The notes beneath the pieces were generated by a model. That model did not search any database. It saw only the letters and a program-made list of their open reading frames with translations, and was not told the origin of the DNA. DNA of 64,000 nucleotides from Planctomycetota bacterium (GTDB taxonomy: Bacteria > Planctomycetota > GCA-002687715): the NCBI GenBank assembly GCA_009691765.1, contig SIAO01000002.1:154415-218414 (forward strand), read 5' to 3'. How positions within the stretch are numbered: the first letter of the stretch is position 1; the number at the start of each line of letters is the position of its first letter. The translations under genes and the position numbers were made by a program. Below are positions 1 through 9,920 of this stretch, piece by piece.

Positions 1-507
1 ACCATCAATCAGCGCAGCGCCGAGACGCGCGGCCAACTCTGAATTGTTGCCGAAAGAACGAATGCCCGTGGATGGATTGGCGCCTGTGGTCGCGAGATCC
101 AAAGCCGGTGCGAGCACGACATCAACTCCGATGCAACGCAGCATGGTGCCGGTCAAACGCCCTTGCTCCCGCGCGAGATGCTCGCCAAGAGTCGGTTCAC
201 GAGTGGCGATGGCGCCGAGAGCCATGTTGCCCGGAAATGAAGGCAATAGACCTGCGAAGCGCTCGACGAGCCCGCCTTCTTGGTCCACCGCAACGAAGAG
301 GTCGTCGCCAAGGAGCGTGCGCAGCTCCGTGCACAGTGAGGTGACTTGTTCGAGCGAGCGAATGTTGCGCTTGAACAGAATCACACCGCCGGGGCGCAGA
401 TCTGAAAGGTGCTGTTCCGTCGCGTCATCGAGATTTGTGCCCGGAATCCCCACCCAAAGCAACGCACCAGCAAGTTCTCGAGGATCAGCGCCCATGGTTC
501 TTGGCAT
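1..507 (-). CDS. nagZ: GH3 beta-N-acetylhexosaminidase (NagZ-like), 3' end runs off the window
   Basis: Not in the ORF track. Manual translation from ATG 507 gives MPRTMGADPRELAGALLWVGIPG...PGGVILFKRNI...FVAVDQEGGLVERF...FPGNMALG...LAPALDL...NPSTGIRSFG, which are GH3 N-terminal motifs. Confidence 0.85.
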   Translation of the reverse strand, partial: MPRTMGADPRELAGALLWVGIPGTNLDDATEQHLSDLRPGGVILFKRNIRSLEQVTSLCTELRTLLGDDLFVAVDQEGGLVERFAGLLPSFPGNMALGAIATREPTLGEHLAREQGRLTGTMLRCIGVDVVLAPALDLATTGANPSTGIRSFGNNSELAARLGAALIDG

Positions 508-540
508 GTTGCCCGCTCAGGGGCCCGGGCCCAAGCACCC

Positions 541-2013
541 TCATGCGCGGGGCGCACGAGGCGCGCAGGCGGTCACGCCAAAAGTGAGGAGCGAAGAGAT
601 TGGAATGAACCACGGCCAGGCGATGACTGGCTCGGGTAACCCGAAGATCTGCTTGTGGAAGAAGAGCATTGCGCCCGCAACGATGCCCACGCAGAGCGCG
701 AGCACGACGAAGCCGTCGCGCCGACGCGGCAGCAACAAAGCGCACAAGAATGTTCCCAGAATGCCGCCATACAGCACTGTCATGGCGGAGAGAGCGATGT
801 TGACAAGATCGTCGCTAGATTGCTCAGCCCACCAAACAAAGAACAGCGCGACGCCGAGCAACACCACGCCGCAACCCGCCATCAACATCCGCACGGAACG
901 CAGCGTGTTGGTGCGCGCTGGGAAGAGGTCTTTCGTCCAAGTGGCGACGACCGCATTGATAGTTGCGCCGAGGCTGGCCACTGCGGCCGCGAAAAGCCCG
1001 GCGAACACCAACCCGCGCAAACCTGAAGGCATCACATGCATGATGAAATTGGGGAACACACGACGCACTTCATCTTTGCCCACAATGCTGTAGCCCTCGG
1101 CAGGCAAATGCTGGTGATACACCCACAGCACCGTGCCTACCGACAAAAACATTCCGACGATCGGAAATGTGAACAGCCCCGAGACGATCAAGCTGCGTAC
1201 CGCTCCTTTTTCGGTGCGCACATTCAAGAGATGCTGCACGTTCTCTTGACATGTGCCGTGTGTGGCGAGCGTCAGGAACGCGCCTCCAATGATGGCCACG
1301 AGCAGCGGCTTGTGTGAAGCAAGCATGTTCTCGCCAGCGCCGAGATTGATGAATTGAAGTTTGCCGGCGGCGAGGGCCTCAGAGACTGCGCTGCCAAAGC
1401 CCACGCCCGCTTCATCGAGTTTCAGCACCGCGAACACCACGGCTGTCGTGGCACCGATGAAAAATATGGAGCCCTGCGCAACATCGGTCCACACCACAGC
1501 CTTCAAGCCGCCGAGCATGGTGTAGATCGTGGCGATGCAGCAAATGCCGACAATGGCTGCAAATAGATCCACCTGCGCGACAACGGCAAAAGCCACCGCA
1601 GCTATGAACGTGCGCACACCGCTGCCGATCAGGCGCCCAACCACAAAGGCCATCGCGGTGGCGCGCTGCGTACGCGGGCCGATGCGAGTAGCAAGAAAGC
1701 CGTAGGCCGTCGGCAGATTCAGGCGCCAATACAGCCGCACCAGCACTGTGCCCACAATAATCTTGCCGAGCAGCGCACCAATCGCGAACTGCAAGTAATT
1801 CCAGTTCGTGCTGAACGCCGATTCCGGCACACCGATGTAGGTCGCAGCGGACACTTCGGTGGCCAACACCGAAAACACCACAGCCCACGCGGGCAAGTCG
1901 CGATCAGCACGCAGATGAGCGTCGGCGCTTTTCGCACCTCGCCCCGCGCGCATGCCCACACCAACGATCAGCGCCACGTAGGCGCCGACTACAGACCAAT
2001 CCAACCAACCCAT
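541..2013 (-). CDS. Sodium:solute symporter (SSS) family transporter
   Basis: Many TM helices with SSS motifs (LDWSVVGAY, SVLATEVSAATYIGVP, YTMLGGLKAVVWTD). Start moved to ATG 2013. Confidence 0.9.
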   Translation of the reverse strand: MGWLDWSVVGAYVALIVGVGMRAGRGAKSADAHLRADRDLPAWAVVFSVLATEVSAATYIGVPESAFSTNWNYLQFAIGALLGKIIVGTVLVRLYWRLNLPTAYGFLATRIGPRTQRATAMAFVVGRLIGSGVRTFIAAVAFAVVAQVDLFAAIVGICCIATIYTMLGGLKAVVWTDVAQGSIFFIGATTAVVFAVLKLDEAGVGFGSAVSEALAAGKLQFINLGAGENMLASHKPLLVAIIGGAFLTLATHGTCQENVQHLLNVRTEKGAVRSLIVSGLFTFPIVGMFLSVGTVLWVYHQHLPAEGYSIVGKDEVRRVFPNFIMHVMPSGLRGLVFAGLFAAAVASLGATINAVVATWTKDLFPARTNTLRSVRMLMAGCGVVLLGVALFFVWWAEQSSDDLVNIALSAMTVLYGGILGTFLCALLLPRRRDGFVVLALCVGIVAGAMLFFHKQIFGLPEPVIAWPWFIPISSLLTFGVTACAPRAPRA

Positions 2014-2064
2014 GCACGCGAGCTTATCAGGGCTGAAACCGCGCGCCTGCTCACAATGACACAC

Positions 2065-2910
2065 TCACCGCTGCACTTTGGGCAGACGCCGAATGTACAA
2101 GCTGCCGCCCATGTTCTTCGCACACAACGGCATTTCCTCTTTGATGAAATCGCCAAACATGAAGTGCACATAGGTGTTGAAGAACTGGATACTCCACTCG
2201 GAGTTGTAGGACAGAAACGCGCGTAGAAAATCGTTCTCATTCCAATAGCGACCCTGCACCAACCACTCGGCCGGATACTCGAATGGATAGAAAATGTCAT
2301 GGAAGTGAACAAAGACACCGGGTTGCAGACGCGGCAAGATCTCAAACATCAGGCGCTGCAAGTCGCTGCCACACTTGACGACATGACTTGAGTCAACGAA
2401 CAAGAGATCGCCTGACTACAGTGCCAAGAACGTATCCAGTGGGACCGTTTGAATCGGTTGGGCGATAATACTGACGTGTTCTCTGTCGCTGTCGCGCAGC
2501 AAACTCAGCAGGCGCGCTGGATACGGTTCAATAAACGTCATCTCAGGGCGCAGAGAGAAGCACGCATCAACCGTGTCCAGCATGACGGCGGATGAAAAGC
2601 CTGAGCCGACCTCAATAATCCGCTTTGGCTGATTCTTCCTTAGGAAGCAATACAGAAAAATGGCATCGGAGTCGCTGAACCAGCCGTTGTCGTAGAAGTA
2701 CCGGTGTGCAGGCGTCTGCTTTTCAGAAAACGGAACATCTGTGGTGAACGCTGCGGATTCGTGGAGCAACTCCTGCTGCCCCTTTGCGTTCAATTCTATC
2801 CCGAGGAGTTCCTTGCTTGGCGGTTGAGTTGCGGCGACGTACGCATGCACGTCCTTCCGGGACGGGATGGTCTAATAGTAATGACCCGCCGGATAAACGC
2901 CTTGCTCACG
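2065..2910 (-). pseudogene. Class I SAM-dependent methyltransferase (Methyltransf_24-like) pseudogene
   Basis: One frame with two in-frame TAGs: YPAGHYY*TIP (2872-2874) and FLAL*SGDLLFVDSSH (2416-2418). Motifs IIEVGSGFSS and FVHFHDIFYPFEYP are present; no intact 5' start. Confidence 0.8.
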
Positions 2911-3337
2911 GGTGTGTTTGCTGAGAGTTCGAAGCAGCGGCACTGGCGTTGATGTGCTTCACGATCTGCTTGTCTTCGTCGGAGATGTGATGCGCAAGCC
3001 AGTCCGCAAGAAAGACCATCACTACGATCGACAGAGTCATGTTGCCGGCAGCGTGCTTTGCTTCAATGTCTATGACCTTCTTGGTCAGATCGTCGTGAAA
3101 CACTTTGTGGGCGGCATAGCCGGGGAATCAACTTTCTCGCATGCTGGCTTCTTCAGCGCTGAAATGCTCAACAGTGTAGGTGCGCAGAAAGGCAAGCGTC
3201 CTGCCGATCTCCTCGCGGCCTGCGCCGCTTTTCATCGCGTCGTGAAGCTTGTTCACCGCGTCGAAAAGCCCAGCGGGCTGACGGTCGATGACTGCGTGTC
3301 CGACCTTGTAGCGGCCGTCGAATGTGATGAATGACAT
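2906..3337 (-). pseudogene. Bacteriohemerythrin pseudogene
   Basis: VGHAVIDRQP...HFSAEE..MRES*FPGYAAHKVFH...WLAHHISDED. In-frame TGA at 3128-3130 at a usual Gly position; the first iron-ligand His appears replaced by Pro. Confidence 0.8.
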
Positions 3338-3648
3338 TAGCGGGTCCTTAAACAGCTAATCGGCAGCACTGCTACGCGACTTCGCCAAATCCCGCGCGGC
3401 CATGATCACGGGTAATGCACCCCGTTCACCCCGTTCGATGCGAGTGAACATTCGTGTTGCTGTGCTACGAGAGTGCCGGGCGAATCACCGCGACCTCAGC
3501 TTTTTCGTAGCTATTCATTCTCCGGAAGTCCGTGCCTGCAACGGCTTTGGCGAGTAGCAGCCCGCTGACCGATGTCAGTGCGATTGTGGATCCGATTGTC
3601 CTCATTGATCGAGAACATCATGCCCTGCTGCTGCGGTATGCTGGGCGC

Positions 3649-4434
3649 GTGCAGCAAACGCTATCGCTCTGTTTTTGTGTGATCGCCCTCGTGGCGTGTA
3701 CCGCAGAAGGCACGCGACAGGAAGCGGTGGCAGAGCGGCACGAGGAACGAACCATGACTCCGCCCAGCGCAGCAATCAGTGCGGACAAAATTCCGGTGTT
3801 AGATCGCTCACTTCCGGCAGAGGTGCAAAGCGCCACTTTCGCGATGGGATGATTTTGGGGGCCCGACTCCCGGTTCGGGAGTCTGCAAGGTGTGTTGCGT
3901 ACGCGCGTGGGCTATGCGGGCGGCAGCAGCGCGAATGTGAACTACAACAACATTGGCGATTGGATGGAAGCGATCCAAATCGACTTTGATCCCAAACAGG
4001 TCCACTACAAAGACTTGCTTGAGATCTTCTTCGCCGAGCACGATGCGTGCGACGCACCGTGGAAGCGACAATACGCGTCGGGAATCTTCTTTCACAATGA
4101 AGCTCAGAAGGAAGTTGCGACGCAGGCGCTCGCGGGCTTCGGCACCGCGCAAGGGCGCAAGCCTGTGACAGAGATTGCTCCCGTCGTCTTTGCGACCGCC
4201 GAGGACTATCACCAGAAGTACTACCTGCGTCAGACGCATGCCTTGGCAGCAGACCTTATTGCGGCATTCAACAAGAATGAGCACAATTTCCGCGAATCCA
4301 CCGCTGTGGCGCGTGTGAATGGATATCTCGCCGGAAACGGCGCCGCCACCGACTTAGCCCGTGAACTGAAAGAGCTTGGGCTTTCAGAGGCTGGACAGAA
4401 GTTCTTGACGCTCAGCCACGAACGCAATCGCTGA
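3649..4434 (+). CDS. msrA: Selenocysteine-containing peptide-methionine (S)-S-oxide reductase MsrA, probable lipoprotein
   Basis: ORFs 3532-3852 and 3892-4434 share a frame joined by TGA 3850-3852: ATFAMG-U-FWGPDSRFG..GVLRTRVGYAGG...AEDYHQKYYL. N-terminus from GTG 3649 has lipobox LVAC. Alternative start ATG 3754. Confidence 0.9.
3865..3883 (+). promoter_or_regulatory. Putative bacterial SECIS hairpin
   Basis: GACTCCC-GGTTC-GGGAGTC: perfect 7-bp stem (8 bp with a 3-nt loop) starting 12 nt after the UGA, with a G-containing loop. Confidence 0.75.
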
Positions 4435-4490
4435 GCTCCAAGGCAGCGCGTCCTATCAGCAGCCGCCTTGGGCCAGATTCATCGATGCGC

Positions 4491-4922
4491 TCACTTCGGC
4501 CAGAGCATGATGACTTCGGCCATAGCAATCAGCGTCACGAGGCTGTGACCGGCATCTACCATCCAAGCGCATATGGGAGCGTTGACGAACTTGGCGTGCG
4601 TGAGCGTGATAGGCATGGAGAAACCAAGCCAACAAAGGAATCCGAATCCAAGCGCGCACATCCAGTCTGATGGCATCTTCATGGCCCCGGCGAATACCGC
4701 CATCACCCAGCCCATAATGAAGTAAGTGATCAATGCGGTGGCGAACGGACCCGCACAGCCGCGCTTCTTCGTCTCCTCCAAATGTGCTTCCGTGAAACCG
4801 TGGGCCTTCACCCAAGCATTGGAGAAGAGAACCGGCGAATACCACAAGCCGCCAATGACAAATGCCACCAATGTGGACACCAACACGGACCAGCCATTCA
4901 CGCAATCGCAGATATTAGGCAT
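4491..4922 (-). CDS. DUF1761-family membrane protein
   Basis: VAFVIGGLWYSPVLFSNAW motif, four TM helices, GGAG RBS before ATG 4922. Confidence 0.8.
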   Translation of the reverse strand: MPNICDCVNGWSVLVSTLVAFVIGGLWYSPVLFSNAWVKAHGFTEAHLEETKKRGCAGPFATALITYFIMGWVMAVFAGAMKMPSDWMCALGFGFLCWLGFSMPITLTHAKFVNAPICAWMVDAGHSLVTLIAMAEVIMLWPK

Positions 4923-5052
4923 GAGTTGCTCCCGATGGGATTGGCACCGACAGCTCGCGCCCCCCGCAAGCGTCTGCGGCGGATAATGCCACACGCAAGC
5001 ACCGCTGGATAGCCGCGAACCTCAGCGCAGCGCGTGGCGGCTGCCGGGTTTC

Positions 5053-5868
5053 TCAACGGAGCGCGTCTTCGAGCGCCGTAGCGGCGTCCGTGCGCGCGTC
5101 GCGATATTTCACAATGAGCGCTATGGATTTCGACAACCCCTGCGCCATGGCGTAATCGCCCTGAGCCTGCTGCATTCCTGGCACCACGACAGCCCCCGCT
5201 GGCACTTCGCCGCGCAAACTGCGCCCGTGCACAAGATCATGAATAACGCTCGCCGCTGTGAGGATCACACCTGCCGCCAACACCGCTCGTTCACGCACCA
5301 CCACACCTTCAAGCACTCCAGCAAGCGCACCAATGAACGCACCGTCCTCCACCACTACCGGCCGCGCACCTGCTGGCTCAAGCACACCGCCGATTTGCGC
5401 CCCCGCACTCAAATGAACGCGCGCGCCCACTTGCGCACACGAACCCACAAGTGCATGGCTATCCACCATGCTGCCTTCTCCCACCCACGCGCCGACATTC
5501 ACATAGGCCGGCGGCATCAGCACCACCCCTTTGCCAATGTGAGCCCCTCGCCGCACCGCGCTGCCTCCCGGCACGAGGCGCACCTGATCGTTCAAGGTGA
5601 ATGCGCGCGCTGGATACGCAGATTTGTCGAAGAAGGGAAACCCAGGCCCAGGCGTTGCAACCACGGTGCTATTGCGGAAACCCGCGAGGATGGCGCGCTT
5701 CACCCAAGCATGCGCAACCCAATCACCGGCAACATTGCGACTCGCTGCACGCACTTGGCCAGATTCCAAAGCATCCAACAACGCCGCATGAAATACCGTG
5801 AATTGCGGATCGGCCTGCACAGTGGCATCCGAGCGCTCGAAAAATGCGTGCAACGCTTCAGGCATCAT
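5053..5868 (-). CDS. dapD: Tetrahydrodipicolinate N-succinyltransferase
   Basis: WVKRAIL, hexapeptide repeats, VGSCAQVG..VHLSAGAQIGGVLEP. ATGA overlap with dapA. Confidence 0.93.
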   Translation of the reverse strand: MMPEALHAFFERSDATVQADPQFTVFHAALLDALESGQVRAASRNVAGDWVAHAWVKRAILAGFRNSTVVATPGPGFPFFDKSAYPARAFTLNDQVRLVPGGSAVRRGAHIGKGVVLMPPAYVNVGAWVGEGSMVDSHALVGSCAQVGARVHLSAGAQIGGVLEPAGARPVVVEDGAFIGALAGVLEGVVVRERAVLAAGVILTAASVIHDLVHGRSLRGEVPAGAVVVPGMQQAQGDYAMAQGLSKSIALIVKYRDARTDAATALEDALR

Positions 5869-6767
5869 GCGCGCACGCCCTCCGCAGCAACACGCGCCTT
5901 TTGCAGCGCACGACGCAAGAGCTCGCATGTTGCTGGTTGCGCGTCCGTAAGTGGCAACCGCAGGTGCGAACCGCACAAACCCAATTCGGCGAGCGCGGCT
6001 TTCACCGGGATCGGATTGCTCTCAGCGAACAACGCGTCCATCAACGGCAGCAGCGCCGCATTCAACGCCGCGGCCTGATCGCGCCGGCCCGCACGTGCCG
6101 CATCCACGAGCGCTTTCATTTCGCGTGGCAATACATTGCCAAGGACCGACACCAACCCTTCCGCGCCGACAGCGATACTCGCGACGGCGAGATTATCGTC
6201 ACCTGCAAGAAGTGTCTTGCCCGGAGGCAACCACCGCGCCAGTTCTCCGATTTGCCCAAGATCGCCACTGGATTCTTTCAGCGCAACCACGCTTTCGATG
6301 CGCCAAAGCAAATCCATCGTGTCAGACGTCATATTCAATGCAGTGCGCCCGGGAACGTTGTAAGCCACGAGTGGCAAACCTGGAGCTGCATCTGCACAGG
6401 CACTGTAGTGCGCGACCAAACCAGCAGGCATAGGCTTGTTGTAATAGGGAGTGACAACCAACGCGCCATGAGCACCCAGCTGCTGTGCTCTACGCACCAG
6501 CGCCGCCGCGGTCTTGGTGCTATTCGATCCTGCACCTACACACACGCGCGCCGATCCAGCTTCTTCCAACACCGCCGTGATCACCGCATCGCGTTCTCGT
6601 TCATCAATCGTCGCTGCTTCACCCGTGGTGCCCAGTGGCACGACGAAATCCACGCCACCGCCTACGACATGACGCACAAGAGCGCGCAACGCGGGAAGAT
6701 CCAATGCGCCACTCGCACTGAACGGAGTCGCCAAGGCCACGCCAAGTCCGCTGAATGCAGGCTTCAT
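5865..6767 (-). CDS. dapA: 4-hydroxy-tetrahydrodipicolinate synthase
   Basis: GTTGE, TPYYNKP, YNVPGRT, LKESSG, NPIPVK motifs. Confidence 0.95.
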   Translation of the reverse strand: MKPAFSGLGVALATPFSASGALDLPALRALVRHVVGGGVDFVVPLGTTGEAATIDERERDAVITAVLEEAGSARVCVGAGSNSTKTAAALVRRAQQLGAHGALVVTPYYNKPMPAGLVAHYSACADAAPGLPLVAYNVPGRTALNMTSDTMDLLWRIESVVALKESSGDLGQIGELARWLPPGKTLLAGDDNLAVASIAVGAEGLVSVLGNVLPREMKALVDAARAGRRDQAAALNAALLPLMDALFAESNPIPVKAALAELGLCGSHLRLPLTDAQPATCELLRRALQKARVAAEGVRA

Positions 6768-7495
6768 TCGAGGGCTCCCAAGACGCCTTCGAGAGCGCTA
6801 CGCGCCACATCGTCCATCGTGAATAGGCCACGCTTTACACTGAGAAATGCAGCCGCCATCACAGCCCCGCGCCCACAAGGCAACAGCGAGCGCGCTTCAT
6901 GACGAAGCTCAATGGCTTCATCGGCGCTGTCGATGCCCACCACATGCCAACTGTGTTGCCCGGAACCCGCGCGCACCGAACTGACGCAGAGCTCTTCCGC
7001 CGTCAGAGCCGCTGCGCCCGGTGTAGCGGTGCCATGCTTGTTGGATAGTTGCGAGAGCATGCGGTTCGCCAACAACTTCGCAGTGCCACTCGGCGCATCC
7101 ACTTTCTTCGCGTGGTGCTTCTCCATCACATACGGATCGAAACCCGGAGTGACACTCGCATAGCGCGCAAGCACGGCGGCCAAGCGCGCCATGAGAGCCA
7201 CACTCAACGAGAAATTGGGCGCGATGAGCAAGCCGATGCGCCCCTGCGCACGCTCGGCCAAGGCGCGCGCGTCGATGTCCGTGACACCAACGACGAAGGG
7301 CGTCTCCGCGGCGAGCGCCCAATCGAGATGCTCCGTCACCGCTGCGGGCAAACTGCAATCCACGGCAACATCCACGCGGCCCAGAGGAGCGCACGCGCCG
7401 CGACCGAGCATCCATGCCACTTCATGGCCAGCAGCCACCGCCGCCGTACTCACGGCTTGTGCCAAACGCCCGCGCCCAAAGATGCCGATTCTCAT
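6764..7495 (-). CDS. dapB: 4-hydroxy-tetrahydrodipicolinate reductase
   Basis: N-terminal Rossmann GIFGRG, APNFS, EKHHAKKVDAPSGTA. Confidence 0.92.
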   Translation of the reverse strand: MRIGIFGRGRLAQAVSTAAVAAGHEVAWMLGRGACAPLGRVDVAVDCSLPAAVTEHLDWALAAETPFVVGVTDIDARALAERAQGRIGLLIAPNFSLSVALMARLAAVLARYASVTPGFDPYVMEKHHAKKVDAPSGTAKLLANRMLSQLSNKHGTATPGAAALTAEELCVSSVRAGSGQHSWHVVGIDSADEAIELRHEARSLLPCGRGAVMAAAFLSVKRGLFTMDDVARSALEGVLGALE

Positions 7496-8865
7496 GCGCC
7501 ACCTCCAGGGAGGAGTTCCGCGTGCAAGCGCCGCAGCGCTTCATGCGCATCTGCATTCGCGAGCACAAGGCTGAGATTGATCTCATTGGCACCCATGCTG
7601 ATCATTTCGATATTCATGCCGCGCAATGCGGCAAACGCACGGGCTGCCACACCAGGCGTGCTGCGCAATTGCTCGCCCACCAAAGCCACGATGGCGCGCT
7701 CGCGCACAACAGTCGCCTTCGCGAATGCGCGAATCTCATCGAGAGCTCGGTCCATGTCCACATCGTTTTCAACCGTCACCGACACCGAGATTTCTGCCGT
7801 GGCCACCAAGTCCACGCTGATGGCATGCCGTCCAAAGATCTCGAAGAGTTTTGCGAGAAAACCAGGTTGATCCAACATGCGGCTGGATGTGACGGTGACC
7901 ACGGCCACCGGCCCGCGTGAAGCCAAAGCCGTGATGGCGCGCCCACTCTTCACATCTCCGCGAATGGTGCTGAATCGTCCATCAGGTTTTTGCGTGTGGC
8001 GCACTGTCACTGGGATGCCCGCTTCTACGGCCGGTTGAATTGTCGAAGGATGCAGCACCTTGGCGCCGAAAGCTGCGAGCTCAGCCGCTTCGGCAAAAGA
8101 AAGTTCCGCTATAGGCTGCGCTTGCGGCACGACGCGCGGGTCGCAGGTGAGCACGCCTTCGACATCCGTCCAGATTTGCACTTCTGAACTCTTCAACGCT
8201 GCGCCAAGCAACGCCGCGGAATAATCGCTGCCTCCACGCCCAAGCGTTGTCGTGAGCCCTTCAGCGGTTGCTCCGATGTAGCCCTGCGTGACCACAACGC
8301 GCCCAATCCCGAGTTGCGGCGCAAGCTGTTCTGCGGCGAGCGTTGCGATAACGCGCGGCAACGGTGTTGCGGCGCCGCTCTTGGTGTCTGTGCGCAAGAC
8401 ACGCCGTGCATCGAAGAGCGTGACCTCCATGCCGGCATGACGCAGATGATGAGAGAAAATCAGCGTGCTCAAGCGTTCGCCGTGGCTCGCCACCGCATCC
8501 ATGCTGCGCAGACTCAGCTCGCGCACCATGCTCAAGCCCGTCAAGAGCGTGAGCAATTCCTTGAAATGCGCCGCAAGTTCGACGTGCAACTCGTCGGGCA
8601 CGCGGCGATCCATCAAATCGAGCGCTGTTTGTTCGTGGCGCTGCATCAAAGCTGAATGAGCTTCTGTAGCTTCTTCCAATTGTCCCTGCGCTGCCATGCG
8701 CGCAGCGCGAAACAACCCATCCGTAGTCTTGCCCATCGCTGAAAGCACTACGAGTGGCGCACGCGACAGCGAGCGACGCACCAGCGACGCCACCACGCGC
8801 ATGCACGCAGCATCAGCCAGCGACGATCCGCCGAACTTCATGATGAGTGGCTGTACGGCACTCAC
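7492..8865 (-). CDS. lysC: Aspartokinase
   Basis: MKFGGSS, TTLGRGGSDYSA, WTDVEG, GAKVLHP, two ACT domains. Confidence 0.95.
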   Translation of the reverse strand: MSAVQPLIMKFGGSSLADAACMRVVASLVRRSLSRAPLVVLSAMGKTTDGLFRAARMAAQGQLEEATEAHSALMQRHEQTALDLMDRRVPDELHVELAAHFKELLTLLTGLSMVRELSLRSMDAVASHGERLSTLIFSHHLRHAGMEVTLFDARRVLRTDTKSGAATPLPRVIATLAAEQLAPQLGIGRVVVTQGYIGATAEGLTTTLGRGGSDYSAALLGAALKSSEVQIWTDVEGVLTCDPRVVPQAQPIAELSFAEAAELAAFGAKVLHPSTIQPAVEAGIPVTVRHTQKPDGRFSTIRGDVKSGRAITALASRGPVAVVTVTSSRMLDQPGFLAKLFEIFGRHAISVDLVATAEISVSVTVENDVDMDRALDEIRAFAKATVVRERAIVALVGEQLRSTPGVAARAFAALRGMNIEMISMGANEINLSLVLANADAHEALRRLHAELLPGGGA

Positions 8866-9920
8866 CGAAGTAGCCCCTTATGCGCGGCCAATTCCGCATT
8901 GAGCAAACTGCCGCCGGCCGCGCCGCGCTCCGTGTTGTGCCCGAGCACCGTCATTTTGATCCCGAACAGAGAGCAAGGCCGAATACGGCCAATGTGCACC
9001 GACATGCCGGTGTCGCGTTCCACATCCACGCGGGGTTGCGGGCGATCCTCCTCGGTGTGCAACACCAAGACGCGCTGCGGCGCTGAATGCAATTTGAGTT
9101 GCTGCGGTTCAGGCGTCCACTCAACGAGCGCTTTGGCTACAGCGACAGGTGTTGGGGCACCCTTCAGTCGCACAGATACCGAAAGCGTATGGCCTTCTTG
9201 CACTGGAACGCGATGACATGCCGCACTCACGACAGCATGGGTGGGAATCACAGCGCCACCGCGCAGCGCCCCCAGCAATTTGACTGTCTCCAACTCCACT
9301 TTGGATTCTTCGCCACGAATGTGCGGAATAATGTTGCCCAGAATGTCGAGCGCGGACACACCCGGATAACCGGCCCCAGAGATCGCTTGCATGCTCACCA
9401 TGTGCACGGCTTCAATGCCGAACACCACATCGAGGGGTTTCAGCGCCATCACCAAAACAGTGCTGGTGCAATTCGGATTGGTGATGATGCCGCCGCTCCA
9501 ACCACGACGCGCTCTTTGCACTGACAGCAACTCGAGATGCTCTGGATTCACTTCCGGTACGAGCAGTGGAACATCCTCGGCCATGCGAAATGCTGCCGCG
9601 TTGGAAAACACAATCGCACTGGCCGCCGCGAAAAGTGGTTCCAGTTCTTGCGCAGGCCCGGTGTCGAGCGCAGAGAACACGACGCGAGCCGTCACGGCTG
9701 TCGGCGTGCAGGGTAAGAGTGTTTGCGCCCCATAACCGCCATAGGGCTCGCCGTCCAAACGCCACGCGCAGGCCTCGTCGTAGCGTTTGCCTACGCTGCG
9801 TTCCGAAGCCGCTATTTGCACCAAGCGGAATTGCGGATGCGCCGCAAGTCTGCGCACAAACCGTTGCCCCACGACTCCGGTGGCGCCAAGGACCGCAACA
9901 TCAATACGATTTGCACTCAC
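8862..9920 (-). CDS. asd: Aspartate-semialdehyde dehydrogenase
   Basis: GATGVVG, NPNC, QAISGAG, HNTERGAAG. GTG 9920 overlaps the upstream stop. Confidence 0.95.
   Translation of the reverse strand: MSANRIDVAVLGATGVVGQRFVRRLAAHPQFRLVQIAASERSVGKRYDEACAWRLDGEPYGGYGAQTLLPCTPTAVTARVVFSALDTGPAQELEPLFAAASAIVFSNAAAFRMAEDVPLLVPEVNPEHLELLSVQRARRGWSGGIITNPNCTSTVLVMALKPLDVVFGIEAVHMVSMQAISGAGYPGVSALDILGNIIPHIRGEESKVELETVKLLGALRGGAVIPTHAVVSAACHRVPVQEGHTLSVSVRLKGAPTPVAVAKALVEWTPEPQQLKLHSAPQRVLVLHTEEDRPQPRVDVERDTGMSVHIGRIRPCSLFGIKMTVLGHNTERGAAGGSLLNAELAAHKGLLR

Noticed and set aside
44..1093. 349-aa plus-strand ORF
   Set aside because: Antisense shadow of nagZ and the SSS gene; no motifs.
2416..2874. TAG reassignment or pyrrolysine in the methyltransferase
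   Set aside because: The two TAGs appear to replace different residues (Ser in HYYSPIP; likely Glu/Gln before GD), and intact genes here end in TAG (31528, 37361, 37437).
3128..3130. Selenocysteine in hemerythrin
   Set aside because: The TGA falls at a usual Gly position (one change from GGA), no clear hairpin follows, and the gene has also lost a His ligand.
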